Part shown: positions 51,167 to 63,082 of the stretch, one piece after another
Layout of the letters: every line of letters starts with the position of its first letter
How positions within the stretch are numbered: the stretch's first letter is position 1
Program-made: the position numbers and the translations under genes
The notes under the pieces: model-generated
Told to the model about the DNA's origin: nothing
Seen by the model: only the letters and a program-made list of their open reading frames with translations
Database searches by the model: none
From: Lama glama
Taxonomy: Eukaryota
NCBI GenBank assembly: GCA_028534125.1
Contig: CM052816.1
Span: forward strand, 23,562,001 to 23,626,000
Reading direction: 5' to 3'
Length of the DNA: 64,000 nucleotides

Positions 51167-51717
51167 ACTAAGGCGGGAAGCCCCATAAAAAGACCAGCAG
51201 GACCCCGCAAGCAGGGCTGCTGCTCTCCTCTTAGCACCGACCGGTTCCCTGGCCCAGAGGCTCTGTCTCACTTTTTGCCTCTAAAGCGGCTAACTTACAC
51301 CTAGGATTCTACTGGTTCCCTGAGCTCACTTCTGATTAGTTATTTCCTTCACTCCTGATTGGTTATTACTCTCACTTCTGATTGGTCCACTTCCCTAACT
51401 TCTGATTGGTCCATTTGTAGTACTTTATTTGCATGGAGCTCACTCCTGATTGGTCTATTTCTACAAAGCTTGTTCCTGGTTGGTCAACTTCCGTTGTACT
51501 TTATTTGCATATGATGTTGCAAAGTGGGAAACTGGCAGCCTATAAAATGCCTGTGTAACCCTACAGATGGGGTCCAGAGGTTGAAGTGTTAACTGCTCTG
51601 GGTCTTGTGGCGTAATAAACCTGAGTTCTCCAACTCTCTGAGTGGTCTCTCGCCTGGATCCAGGTTGCTGTCACAACTGAGCTGTAACACCTAGCTGCAA
51701 CACATTTTTCTGCAACA
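51167..51717 (+). mobile_element. Solo LTR (probably ERV class I) with a CCAAT-repeat U3
   Basis: U3-R-U5 order: tandem CTGATTGG units 51332-51483, TATAAAA 51541-51547, AATAAA 51614-51619, then gctgtaacac, ending tgcaaca. It interrupts an L2. The 5' TG and a canonical TSD are not clear. Confidence 0.8.
51325..51547 (+). promoter_or_regulatory. Predicted LTR promoter/enhancer: inverted CCAAT boxes, two octamer motifs, TATA box
   Basis: CTGATTGG at 51355, 51378, 51402 and 51446; variants at 51332 (CTGATTAG) and 51476 (CTGGTTGG); ATTTGCAT at 51427 and 51503; TATAAAA at 51541. Activity cannot be shown from sequence. Confidence 0.6.
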
Positions 51718-52574
51718 TGTTGTAGCATTTATTTCTAATGTGTAGCATAATACTTTATAGGTCCTACTTTATAGGTCCTCAACAAACATAAGTTTAGTAA
51801 GTGAGTGAACAGAAGCCTGAAAAATCAGTGAATGAAACAAAATAAAGGATGGGTCATGTCTGAGGGTAAAAGAGCAACATGAAAAATATTGAGGTTTACA
51901 AATTGATTTAAGCAAGCATTTAACATCCCTTTTCTGATAATAAAGAACTATCTCCTCGGCACTTACCACAAGAAGTAACATTACACCATGTTCAAAAGCA
52001 TACGTTTTAAAAGTTCTATGGCCAATATTTACAAAACAAGGAAGCTAGACATCCTTACGGTGTTACAGCTATATCAAAATACCCTGGAAAATGTAAAACC
52101 AGTTTTATTCTGATGGTATTAGATTTGACAAATGTTTCTAGCTATTTCATCACCTAAAGTCCACCGTGAATACTGAAGACATTCACTTTCTACTTAGTTT
52201 CACTCTTGTGCAAGCCAAAAATGTGATTACTTTAATCACCACAAAAATACAGACTTAGAAACAAATTAGTCTTTAAATGTGAGCATCATTTATGCCCTAA
52301 AGTTACAGGTATGTTTAACAACATTAAATATCATTTCTACATTATCTTTGAAGGTGTGGAGAACTAGTAACACTGTCATTGAGTATATTTCATGGTGTCT
52401 GGAACACAGAATAAGAGATCCACTCACATTCTCACTTCAGTAACCAAGATTTAATGAATTAAATGAGGGTAGAATTATCAAGAAATCCAATCAAATGTAT
52501 CTAGTTTAACGAAGAAGCCAAAAGAGAGGTATTTATTATCTAGATATCCAAATGCAAAACAAATCTATTCGTCT

Positions 52575-52870
52575 CGAATATTTCAGTTGCAAGTGATAGA
52601 AACCTGACTCAAATTAGTTTAAATAAAAATCCTAGTAACTTCCCCAACGTTTATAGCAAATCCCCAAAACGACTGTGGTCTTTCCTAAGCACACCAATAC
52701 TCCCCAGTCCAGTCACTGTCATGGCATGATCCCGCGGAACCCTCGTCACACCCTTCTCGCAGGGACAATGGGACCACGTGATTGAGAGCCTGACAGGACT
52801 CCAGCGGAATTCCAGAAGCTAACCTCACAGAGGGAGACAGGATACAGATCAGGCAAGCATTTCAAATGTC
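52575..52870 (-). mobile_element. Old MLT1 (J/L-like) LTR remnant
   Basis: tttcagttgcaagtgatagaaacctgactcaaattagtttaaataaaaa. Confidence 0.55.
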
Positions 52871-53244
52871 AGTTCCATTTTTAAGCAGATACATCTTTCA
52901 GTTTTTGAAATTAAATAACTATGGCCACTGGAACTAAGAAAAAACTCAGAATTTTACTACAGATTCTTTCCAACACAAGTAACCTCTCAGACAGCCAAGA
53001 GACTGGTTAAAATGACTGACAGCTTTTTAAGAGATGAGCAAGTATGAAAACACCACCATTCTTGGTGGTAAGTGGCTTGCCTGTCGAGCTGCATGGGAGC
53101 CCCCTGCTACCCGGACTCTCTTATCACCTCCACCCCTAGGATAAGCAGCAGGGTAAGTTTTAAGGATAGAATGAGACTTAGAAACCGGTCTTACTAATTT
53201 GTCAGAGATAAAACACCGACGAGTGAAATCATCTTCTTACTAAA

Positions 53245-53420
53245 ACTCTCTTCCTTGCTGGCTTTGATGGATCAAGATGCTAATGTGTGAGCTGTCTCAC
53301 AGACTCGTGAGGAGGAGTCTGAGGGCAGCACTGGCCAGTAGCCAGCAAGAAACTGAGGCTCTTGGTCCAGCAACCTGCAAGGACCTGAGTCCTAGCAAGA
53401 CGGACATTAAAATCTAAAGC
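53245..53420 (+). mobile_element. MLT1E/F-like LTR fragment
   Basis: ccttgctggctttgatg...ctgagggcagcactggccagtagccagcaagaaactgaggctcttggtccagcaacctgcaaggacctgagtcct. Confidence 0.75.
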
Positions 53421-54929
53421 AACGGAATCACGGAGGGATCAACCGTTGCCGTGTTCTGCTTGTTAGATGCAAGTCAGAGGTCGAGTCCATACTCAAGAGG
53501 AGGCGATCACACAAAGGCAAAAGCAGCAGCAGGTGGGGAGAAGGGAGAAGCCTTACCATCTGTCTGCCACAGGCAGGGGAGAGAGGCCAGGAGAAGTGCT
53601 GCAACACCATTTTCCCATCTTTCATAATAATGTATATGTTAACACTGTCAAACTCGTAACTTCAACCTCAACGTCCTTTTAAACATTTTTCATGACCTAA
53701 AAACACTTCTTAAAAAATTAATAGCTTTTGTGGTAAAAAAATAATTATCAAACATCAGCATGTGCTTCAATTTCAATTGTGTGGTTCACTATTACAGTTT
53801 AGTAAAATAAGACAAAATTTTTATTGAGAATACCATGTGCAATATAATTACACTTATATTTTTTCTATCTTCTACCCAAACATATGTAATAGGCCAGTAT
53901 TTAAAATAACTTGTTTTGCTCTTTTTTTGTACTCTTTTATTTAAATTTTATAATGGGCATGTGTCATTTTTACAAAAGCAGTAACTCCTAAATCATGTCT
54001 GCATCATAATTAAACCATTTACATTATCATTATCATGCTATCAGTAACATAGCAGTGTTATAAACAAAGTTGTTCCACCAGTATTAATACATTTCACTGA
54101 GCACTTAAGAGCTACCAAGACTTACAAAGTTGTTATTACCCAATGAACATTAAATAACATTTTATTGAGAAATGACGAGAGAGAAAACTAAGAAGAACAA
54201 CAAAAGAGATTAGGAATATAAATGATTATCTTGGGTTCACTAAAAACAGTCACTTTTATAAACAAATACATAAACCTAATTAGACATTAATTCAATTATC
54301 AGAATTCTTTGATTTGGAAAACTAACTTTTACCATTACAGAGCTTCTGAATTTTATGTTATTACTTTATCTGTGGGGATTAAAGTTTTAGAGGTAATTTT
54401 CAGACTATGAAAACATCTGAATTGTTACTTTTGAACATTATCCAAACTCCAAGTGTTTATACAATGGTTGGTAAACCGTTAACAGCTGGCTTACTGCAGA
54501 ACTGAAGAGGATGCCTGGGGGAGACCCCCAGACACAGGTAACGGAGATCAAAATGTGTATAAATGTGCTGAATGTTTCATTTTGGTGGCCAGAAAGGATT
54601 ATGAAACCAAGAAGGTAATTATCATCTCAGTACATCTTAAACTTTTTTTTAAGTTTAACTTTTAAAATATTTTCAGAACACTTTCATTTCTGACATATAT
54701 ATTTATGTTTCTAAACCCGTGTGAATACAAACATATGTGTGGCAATAAACACAATATACGCACATACAGATATGCACACACACACAAAAAAAGTTACGTG
54801 GCAGATGTCTTCTGTGCTATTTGGAAAATTAGAATATTCATACTACAATAATACTCCTTACTAAGAACTCTAAGTCCCTTTACCCCACTGTACTAAATTT
54901 TGATTTTATTAGATTTCAATTTCAGTAAA

Positions 54930-55374
54930 TGTAGTGGCTTCCAACAACACAAATCTATTAATTTACATTTCTGGGGGTCCAAAGTCTGACACAGGCCTCA
55001 CTGAGCTAAAAGCATGGTGTCAGCAAGGCCGCACTCCGTTCTGGAGGCTCGAGGGGAGAACCCCTTTCCTTGTTTTCTTTCATTTCCAGAGGCCACGGAT
55101 ATTCTTAGCTCGTGGCCCCTTCCTCCATCTTCAAAGGCGGCAGCATCTTCAAAGCTCTGACCCTGACGCCGAATCCTCTGCCTCCTGCTTTCACTTAGAA
55201 GGACCACTGTGATCGCTGGGATCCACCTGGAAACGCAGGGTCACCTCCCCATCTCAAGGCCTTTAATTTAATCCCACGTGCAAAATCCGTTTGGCCACAT
55301 CACGTAACATATTCACAGGTTCCACAAATTAGGACACGGACATCTCTGGAGGGGCCACGATTCTGCCTACCACT
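54930..55374 (-). mobile_element. MLT1C/D-like MaLR LTR
   Basis: gtggcttccaacaacacaaatctatt...ggtgtcagcaaggccgcactccgttctggaggctcgaggggagaa...gtaacatattcacaggttcc...attaggacacggacatct...attctgcctaccac. Confidence 0.9.
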
Positions 55375-58029
55375 GTCTTCATTCAAGAGCATTTTTTGGC
55401 TTATGTTGTCAGGCATAGTTCAAAATCAGGATTTTTTGTATGCAACTGTTTTTAAACAAAGAGGAGAGACAAAGGGCTGACAGCCTTGATATACCCTGAG
55501 AACTCTCCCTTGAAGTGGAGGGCAGAGTGTAACCCAGGATAATTCTTTCCATAGCCCTGCATGAGTGAGTTTCTAATATGAATATTCAAGGAGAAGCTGT
55601 CTGGAGTGCACTTGAGACAAAGCATGTTTTTGACGTGAGCCTCCTCGGGAGGAGGGAGACATTTTGAAATGAAGAGATGAGCTGGACAGACAGGTCCAGG
55701 TTCGATAAGCAATAGATAGGAACAGAGCTGCTGAAGCCAGCTTCTCAACACGCCTGAGCTCTGCCTTTCCGGATTAAAATTTTTTTAGTTTCCCAGTGAG
55801 GGACTGGAAAACATGGTCTCATAGGAAGGGCAGCTTTGGGTTGGAGATAAGGAGAAAAGGAACTGAATTAGCTTGAAATTTTCTTTTCAGAGCATGATCT
55901 CCAATGTAAACATGGGAAAGTGGGAGAGTCTTGAAAGCCTGAAACGAGACCGCATTTGCTTACTGAAAGAGACAGACCGCGCAGGAGACTATGATGAAGC
56001 TGGCTGGTAGCAATCAGGTCACCTCCACTTAGAGGCGGGACTGGGGAAGGGTAGAGTCTGCAATTCTACAGCAAACTACAACAGCGTTTCAAAGTCAGTC
56101 AGAAATCAGAAAGACAGTTCCAAGCCTGGAGATAAGCAGCACTTCCATCTTCTTCAACAGCTAGCTCGTTACTGTGTTATCTGAGCCTGCAGGCTGCAAT
56201 GAAGAAGAGTGTGCATTTTCATTACTTTAACGTCTTGTCATAGTGCTCTTATCAGACTTCTTGCCGAAGGCTGATTGCCTACTTAACACTTTCGTATTAG
56301 GAAGAAACATATTAAGAATCTTCGAAAATGATATAAAAAATTTAGGAAGTGGTGTTGACTTACTGAGACAAGAAACACCCATCAAGTAAATGGAAATATA
56401 TCTTCTCATCTACACGTTCATTATCAGAGCTACTGTGTACAAGTTAGAATTAGGGAAATGTGTTATCCAAGATTGACACATTTCCAGAGACTAGAGACAC
56501 GTAACTGAGAACTGAAAACTTTTCTCAGCCTTTAGAAACTGGCAGTTACGGAGGAAGAACATTCATCACAAGTAGAGGGAAGGCGGGATGAATTGCCTGT
56601 GAAATTCGTCAGCAGCCCAAGGGTCCGCGTAGGGTCGGCGTGGGGTTATTCTTTGCTGAGCCTGATCAAGCACCCCCTTAAAGGCTCAGGGAAGCCTCTT
56701 GTCAGGAGGTCAGGAGAAGAGGAAATAGAAATGTCAATCTTTTCAAATTCGGTGTGGCCCTGCACTTCTAAGGTGCTCAGGTAGCCTTCCACACGCCACC
56801 CCCCAGCTCCGCTTCTCCTTTCTCTTTCCTTTCTAAGCAACTTGGCTCAGTAGTGACACTAAGTTCCAAGAACAGTGCAAATGTCCCTTGTAGCCAAATC
56901 TGGTTCTCTGGGAGAACAGAGCGCAGGCAGGCAGCCTCTATTTTATGGAAGGGCTGTATTTTAAATGCTCCTTGCATTAGAAATAGTTTAGTACTTGGAA
57001 TTTATTCTCTTAGAAACTGTGCAGTAACTGAGATTCACTCCTCTTTCAAATTTTCAAAAGTCTATTTCACCTATATTGTTCCGGAAGCATGGTTTTCATT
57101 ATACCATTTTAATGACGGCGACTTACTATTTTAAACTTTTTGAAAAGCGCTATCAATCTCTTTTGCTTGTTTGCTTCGCGCAGTTGCAGAGGTATGCTGG
57201 GATATGAAGTTTACAGGATCTGAAATATCTTTCCCACCCTAACAGACTACCATTGCCCAGGAAGCTGGTGGTAGGAATGAGAGGTGAATCCGCCTATAAT
57301 CTCTGCCTCTGCCTCTCTCTTTATCTAGAGATTCAGAATCTTAAGACTCTAGAAACACAAATGTGCTCAAGTCAACATTCCGTCCCACTTTTTTCCTGTT
57401 CTTCCTTGGCAATCACATTCTGTTAACAGAATGGGAAAGGTATCTCCTAATACTCTCAACTTTGTACTGCCTTGTAGCTCTACAATCATGCGAAAGAAAG
57501 AAACATGGTCAGTTGTCTTGTTCAGGAGTCCCATCAAGCTGGAAGCCACAAGATTAAGTGCTACGTGGTATTTTATTTGACCTACATAGAATTTTTAAAT
57601 ACACTGAATGACTGATTGGTGTTTAAAAATTGGATAGATTTCACGTACAAATCCTGATGTCCATCTTCTTTTGATAAATGGAAGACTGATGAGACCAGCA
57701 TATTTCCTGGATGCTCTTGAACAGCCAAATGGCTGCTGAAGACTTACTGAGTGGCTTTTGCACTTTTCAGTGGTGCTACCCCTCCCTAGGTTGCCACCTT
57801 CTCCACTGTTCCTCCTCATCCTACAGGAATTTCTGCATCAGGAATGGTTCAGACATAACTACAGAATATTTTGCTTTGGTCTTGATCCATAGGGTGACAG
57901 AGTGACTTTGGGATTCTGGTGCTCTCTGAAATTGGTACATTCAATAGGACAATATTATGGACTACTTGTGAGAATCAGCCCAGATCCTCCAAACAACACT
58001 ACGGCCGAGATGGCGTAAACAAGAAAGCA

Positions 58030-59430
58030 ATCAAGAATTCTCTACTCAAACTATTCTTCAAAAAAGGATGAACGAAGACATTTTCAAATAATCAAACAGA
58101 GAGAAGTTATTGTTAGCAAACCTGCATTATGAAAAATACTAAAGGAAATCTTTGAAGCATAGAGGAATGTCATCACACAGTAAGTTAAATCCATGAAGAA
58201 ATGAAAGTACCAGGAAAGGTAAGTACTTAAATATAAGAGAATGTAAGATTATATTTTTCTCTTTTCTTCTTTTGACTGATACAATGAAAACTATAAAAAA
58301 TTGTAATTTGAAATGGAAGCAAGTTTTTACACAATGATAAAGCACATCTACAAAACACCTGTAGCCAACATCCTCATTAATGATGAACGAGTGAATGTGT
58401 TCTCCCAAGTGAAAGAGCGCCCCGTTGCCAAAGCTGGAAAACGGAGCAATCTCACACATAATATAGTATTGGAATGATGACCCAAAGTATAAAATAAAGG
58501 CACGAGTCAATACTGATAGAATAAATGATATAGAAAGAAAGGAAGGGAGGAAGGGAGGGAGGAAGGAAAGAAAAGAAGGGAAGAGAAGGGAAGAGAAAGG
58601 AAGAAAGAAAGAGACAAGCCTGTACAGATTTCCAAGTGATTTATACAGTTTCCTCTTAAAGAGGTAGAGCAGAACTACCCACACTTAAATATGAGTTGTA
58701 CTTACTGACTTGCTTCTGGAGTACAGAATGGAGAGAGAGAAAAAGTGACTTTTCAGAACAGAAAACTAAAAAATACCGCCTTAGCCAGGGAATCAAAATG
58801 GCCATCCTGAGTGATAATTCATTTTGATATGACAGACTTTGAGAACCATTTCACTTCTATGATTATACTCTGAAAAACTCTTAACCTAGTCTAATCATGA
58901 GAGAACCATCAGACAGACCGACATGAGACACTGTCTAAAATAACAGACTCGTTCTCTTCAAAATTGTCAGGGTTATCAAAAATAAGCAAAGTCTGAGGGA
59001 CCCAAAGGGGCCGAAAGAGACATAACAACTAAATGCAACGTGATACTCTGGATCGGATCCTGGAAAGATTCATAAGGGGCGAACTAATGAATTTCAAATA
59101 AAGTATGAGTTTAGTCAATAAAGAACAACGAGAAACAAATGACTGATATATGCAACAAGATAGCTGAATTGTAGAAGTACGATGCTAAGTGAAAGAAATC
59201 AGACGCAAAAGTACGTACACTGCATCACTCTGTTTATGTGAAATCCCAGAGAGCGTACGACTACAGTGACAGAAGCGCAGTGACCGCCAACGGGGAGAGG
59301 GCTGACTGTCAAGGGGCGCTAGGGACTTTTTAGAGTCACGGAAATGTTCCACACCATGAAGCGCTACCACAGTGGTTACTAGAAGGCATGTATTTGACAG
59401 AACTCGGGACCTTATATAAATTAGATCTTA
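58030..59430 (+). mobile_element. L1MC/MD-like fragments (ORF1 end, RT piece, 3'UTR)
   Basis: gaagacattttcaaata...agcaaacctgcattatgaaaaatactaaaggaaatcttt (ORF1 end); aaacacctgtagccaacatcctcattaatgatgaa (RT); acctagtctaatcatgagagaaccatcagacaga and acaactaaatgcaacgtgatactctggatcggatcctgga (3'UTR). Confidence 0.8.
58531..58614. repeat. GA-rich polypurine simple repeat (GGAA/GAAA)
   Basis: agaaagaaaggaagggaggaagggagggaggaaggaaagaaaagaagggaagagaagggaagagaaaggaagaaagaaagaga. Confidence 0.9.
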
Positions 59431-60679
59431 AAAATGCTATTTGAATAGCCTTTTTTATTGTCTTCAAGGCCTTTAGCATTTTGTCAGGTTCACAGCCCCA
59501 TCTAAAAGGATAACACCCGCACAGTGTTGTGAACACGGGACGGAAGTTACGTGTGGCAGAGAATCCCGCTGTTGGGGGTAGTTGCCCGACAACGTTAACG
59601 GGGATAGGATCTCAGGGAAGGACTCCCAGAGCCTCTGCAAGTGATTTTACTGTTCCATCTGCTTGCATGTTTTATGGGTGGTCAACTTGTTCCAGAAAGA
59701 CATTTCATTCTCTTTACAAGGACAACCTGGGGAAACTAAGTTTTTCTATGGAACTCAGTAATTTAAGAGAAAGTGAGGTACCTGCTATTTGACATTACTG
59801 TACATGCCTCAGCCAGATGCTAAATTAGTCACCATGTGTCAGCATCAGAATTCTAAGTCAGCTCATCTCACTGTTAACAAGGGGGTGGGGCTTTATGACC
59901 TGGGGGAAAATCCCACACAGGAAGGAGAAATTGCTCTTCCAAGTTCACCTACGCAGAGCTTGGCTTGCTGTGAGGCTTGTAAGTTTATCACTTGCTCAAA
60001 TGTTCTATCAGCTCCAAGGATAATTTTTTTTCTTGGAATATACTTATATGATTTTTCTTTTCCCTTTTTTTCTACTACCTTCAACCACCCTATAGCAGCT
60101 GGTTTCAGGGAACACTTTGAAAGTCAACAGATTATTCCCAACTGAACTGTCCAGCCTTGATCTTGGACCCTTCTGCTTGGTGCCGTGTGTCTCCTTACAG
60201 GTTCTTTTCCGTAAGAACAGATCTGTTTACTTTCCTCACACGTGAAGAAACTGCCCCTTATTTTTGCCAAAGATACAACTATCCCCCTAGTTCCGTAGGC
60301 TCAAGTTACTGGAATAACTTTTTAATCCTTTCTTTCCCTTGATCTCATATCCAGTTTATCACCACGTCTTTCCAAATGCTTTACCCAAGTCTAAGCTCAT
60401 ATTACCTCATATCCATGCTCTTCAGATGACCTGACTTCTCTTGCCTCCAACTCCTTCTCTGTTCGAAAACACCCTCTACCAACTCCAATAACACCTTTTA
60501 GGTATCTTTCTATACAGGTGATTACACTTCCCCTCATTTGCTATAATAAATACAAACTTCAGTGTCCACCATTCAGCGCCTTATATCAACTACCCTTCTA
60601 CATATCTAATACATCTTAAGAAAATCTGTTTGCTTTCCCCAGAGTTTGCTGTTTTTCACGTATGATTCTAATTTTCACG

Positions 60680-60865
60680 TATGAGTCTCACAGTAACCCT
60701 ACAAAATAGATACGCTATCATCTATCATTTCCATTTCACAGATGAGGAAACCAAGAGTCAAAAAATCAAAGTAACTTGCCAAGGATCACTCAGTTTGTTA
60801 GTGGAAGAGTTATTACTTTCTTCCACATCATTCTGACCCAAACCTATAGTCTTAACTATGATACT
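60680..60865 (-). mobile_element. MIR SINE
   Basis: tctcacagtaaccct...ccatttcacagatgaggaaaccaagagtc...aagtaacttgccaaggatcactcag. Confidence 0.85.
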
Positions 60866-60960
60866 CCATCACCTGACATCAAATACCTGCCTTTGTAAGT
60901 ATCATTTCATCCACCTAGAATCTCTTCTCTCCTTTAACGTTGCCCACGTTGGCTTTAATC

Positions 60961-61143
60961 TATAGCATGGGAAACTATGTTCAATAGCTTATAGTACCTA
61001 TAATGGAAAAGAATATGAAAATGAATACATGCATGTATACATATGGCTGAAACATTACGCTGCACACCAGAAACTGACACAGCGTTGTAAACTGACTATA
61101 CTTCAATTAAAAAATGGAAAAAAAATTTAAATAATAAAAATAA
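60961..61143 (+). mobile_element. Cetartiodactyl-type L1 3' end
   Basis: tatagcatgggaaactatgttcaatagctt...tataatggaaaagaatatgaaaatgaata...caccagaaactgacacagcgttgtaaactgactatacttcaattaaaaaa. Confidence 0.9.
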
Positions 61144-62439
61144 ATCACCACCCAGCTGTGCACTCCCTTTCACGGCTCTCATCCCTGGCCTCATGTACCG
61201 TATCCGTTTACTGTTGGTGGTGGGCGATCTGCAACTCAACTGCAGAAATTTCAACTTTGAGAACAACATTTGTCCTGTACAGTCTGCACCCCCAGCACCT
61301 AGTAAGGCTCCTGGTCTATTGATTATGATCAATAAATATTTACCAAGTGAAAAAACAGTAAGAGTTCGTCCTTTTTAGGAGCCTCTGGATGCTTCATCCT
61401 CGAATTCTGTGCTCCTTGTACTTTCAGCATGCCAGGGCACACAGGTGCTGTCTTCTAATAAACACCTTGAGGTTATCTGTGTTCTTTTTGATTTTTCCTC
61501 TTTAGTTCACGAATGTACAGAATCTGAGCAAGCAATGGTTGTGCACAAAACAGCATTCAGAGGTTGAAGCTCCTCAGACCCAACAAATAATGGGGTTCTG
61601 ATACCTTACGCCACGTGGAAGTGAAGCAGAGCGGGAAAATGGTCCAGAAATAGTTGAACATGTGACAACAGGAAATCATCCTACATTTCCGTTGGACCTC
61701 CTAAGGTACAACATGATGACCACCACTCTTCCTAGTAAGAAGACATCCTAACTTTAACGCCCGGGAAACAAGAAATAAAGAGAAAACAAACAAGGAGAAA
61801 TGGTGCTTACGTTTCTATGCTTCCTACTCTCCCCACAACGACTGTTACGATCATTTTCTGTTCCCACCCTTAAAACAACACAAGCCAAGACAGTTATTAT
61901 TATCCCAACTTCACTTACAATGTTGTTTAAACACTATGAGATTTATTTCTGCAAAATGATGAGGCCAATAAATGATGCAACTGGGACCAGGAGTCAGGGT
62001 TTCTGGATCACAATCCACCACACTATTCTGACCTATTTGCCTTTTGCTGCATTTGCAACCAGTAATTCATTTACAGTTGCTTGTTTTGCGATCGGGGGTA
62101 TATTTGTTAAACAGTGCTACCACCTGCTGGTAAGTTTTCCAATAATTCACATTATAGCTAATCCTAAAATGGGAAACAAATTAAGGGATAACCAATATAG
62201 TTTATAATTACAACTACATTCGCATGCTACTTTCTAACTGTACTCCCTATTGCAGTATCTGATTTTCACTTTTACAAAGCAGCCAAGTAAATCTTCTAAC
62301 CTTACATGTCCAAGCATTTCCTTTCTCAAGAATTTGTAATTAATTTTGTCTACTTCCTAGAATATGCATATTTGGGAGAACATTTTACTAACCTTTTATA
62401 TAATATGATATCAAACTTGTTGTCTACTAATAATGTAAG

Positions 62440-62513
62440 CCAGCAGTACCCATATTTTTATGCACAAAATCATTACCTGGTGAGGAGGTTACTTAAAAAT
62501 GTAGATTTCTGGA
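62440..62513. mobile_element. MER5-like fragment cut by the MLT2 insertion
   Basis: atgcacaaaatcattacctggtgaggaggttacttaaaaatgtagatttctgga resembles the first part of MER5. Confidence 0.45.
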
Positions 62514-63082
62514 TGTGATGGTCAATTTTATGTGTCAGCCTGAGTGGGCCACTAGGCACCCAGATTAAACATGGCTTCTCCATGTGTCTGTGGGGTTGTT
62601 TTGAGATGAGGTGGCACATTAGCCAGCGGACTCAGTAGACTGCTCTCCCCGGTGTGTTTGGGCATCACTAATTCATTGAAGGCCTGAACAGAACAAGAGG
62701 CAGGAGGAGGGGGAATTCACTCTTTTTTCCTGCCTCACTGGTTGAGCGAGGACATTTCATCCCACCTCATGTCATCTCTTCCTGTCTTCAGACTAGGATT
62801 CACACCAGTGGGTCCCCTGGTTCTTGGGCCTTCAGACTCTTACTGGGTTATCCCCCTGGCTTTTCCTGGGCTTCCAGCTTGCAGATGGCACATCCTGAGC
62901 CTTCTTAGCCTCCACCATCAGGTAAGCCAGTTCCTATTAGAGATGCACATAGATATACACACATACATACGTACGAAGAAGACGAGAGGAGAGAGGATAT
63001 ATACAGATGAACGTCTATATAGACATAGATACAGAGATACATGTCATTGGCTCCTTTCCTGCAGAGAACCCAGACTAAAACA
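62514..63082 (+). mobile_element. MLT2 (ERV-L) 5' LTR
   Basis: Starts tgtgatggtcaattttatgtgtcagcctgagtgggcca, carries the typical internal (AT/AC)n tract at ~62940-63040, and ends gagaacccagactaaaaca. Confidence 0.92.

Noticed and set aside
51325..51490. ~23-bp periodic repeat as a possible CRISPR array
   Set aside because: The units are contiguous degenerate tandem copies without unique spacers, they sit in an LTR U3 in mammalian DNA, and there are no cas genes.
51961..52086. Possible minus-strand coding exon (ccag acceptor to GTAAGT donor)
   Set aside because: All three frames contain stops within the first ten codons.
58139..58684. 181-aa minus-strand hydrophobic ORF
   Set aside because: It is the antisense reading of L1 fragments plus the GA-rich microsatellite, which yields the F/L/P/S-rich stretch.
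61800..62207. 135-aa ORF with a hydrophobic N-terminus
   Set aside because: No recognisable domain, it appears to overlap a degenerate MIR-like stretch, and there is no supporting promoter or splice context.
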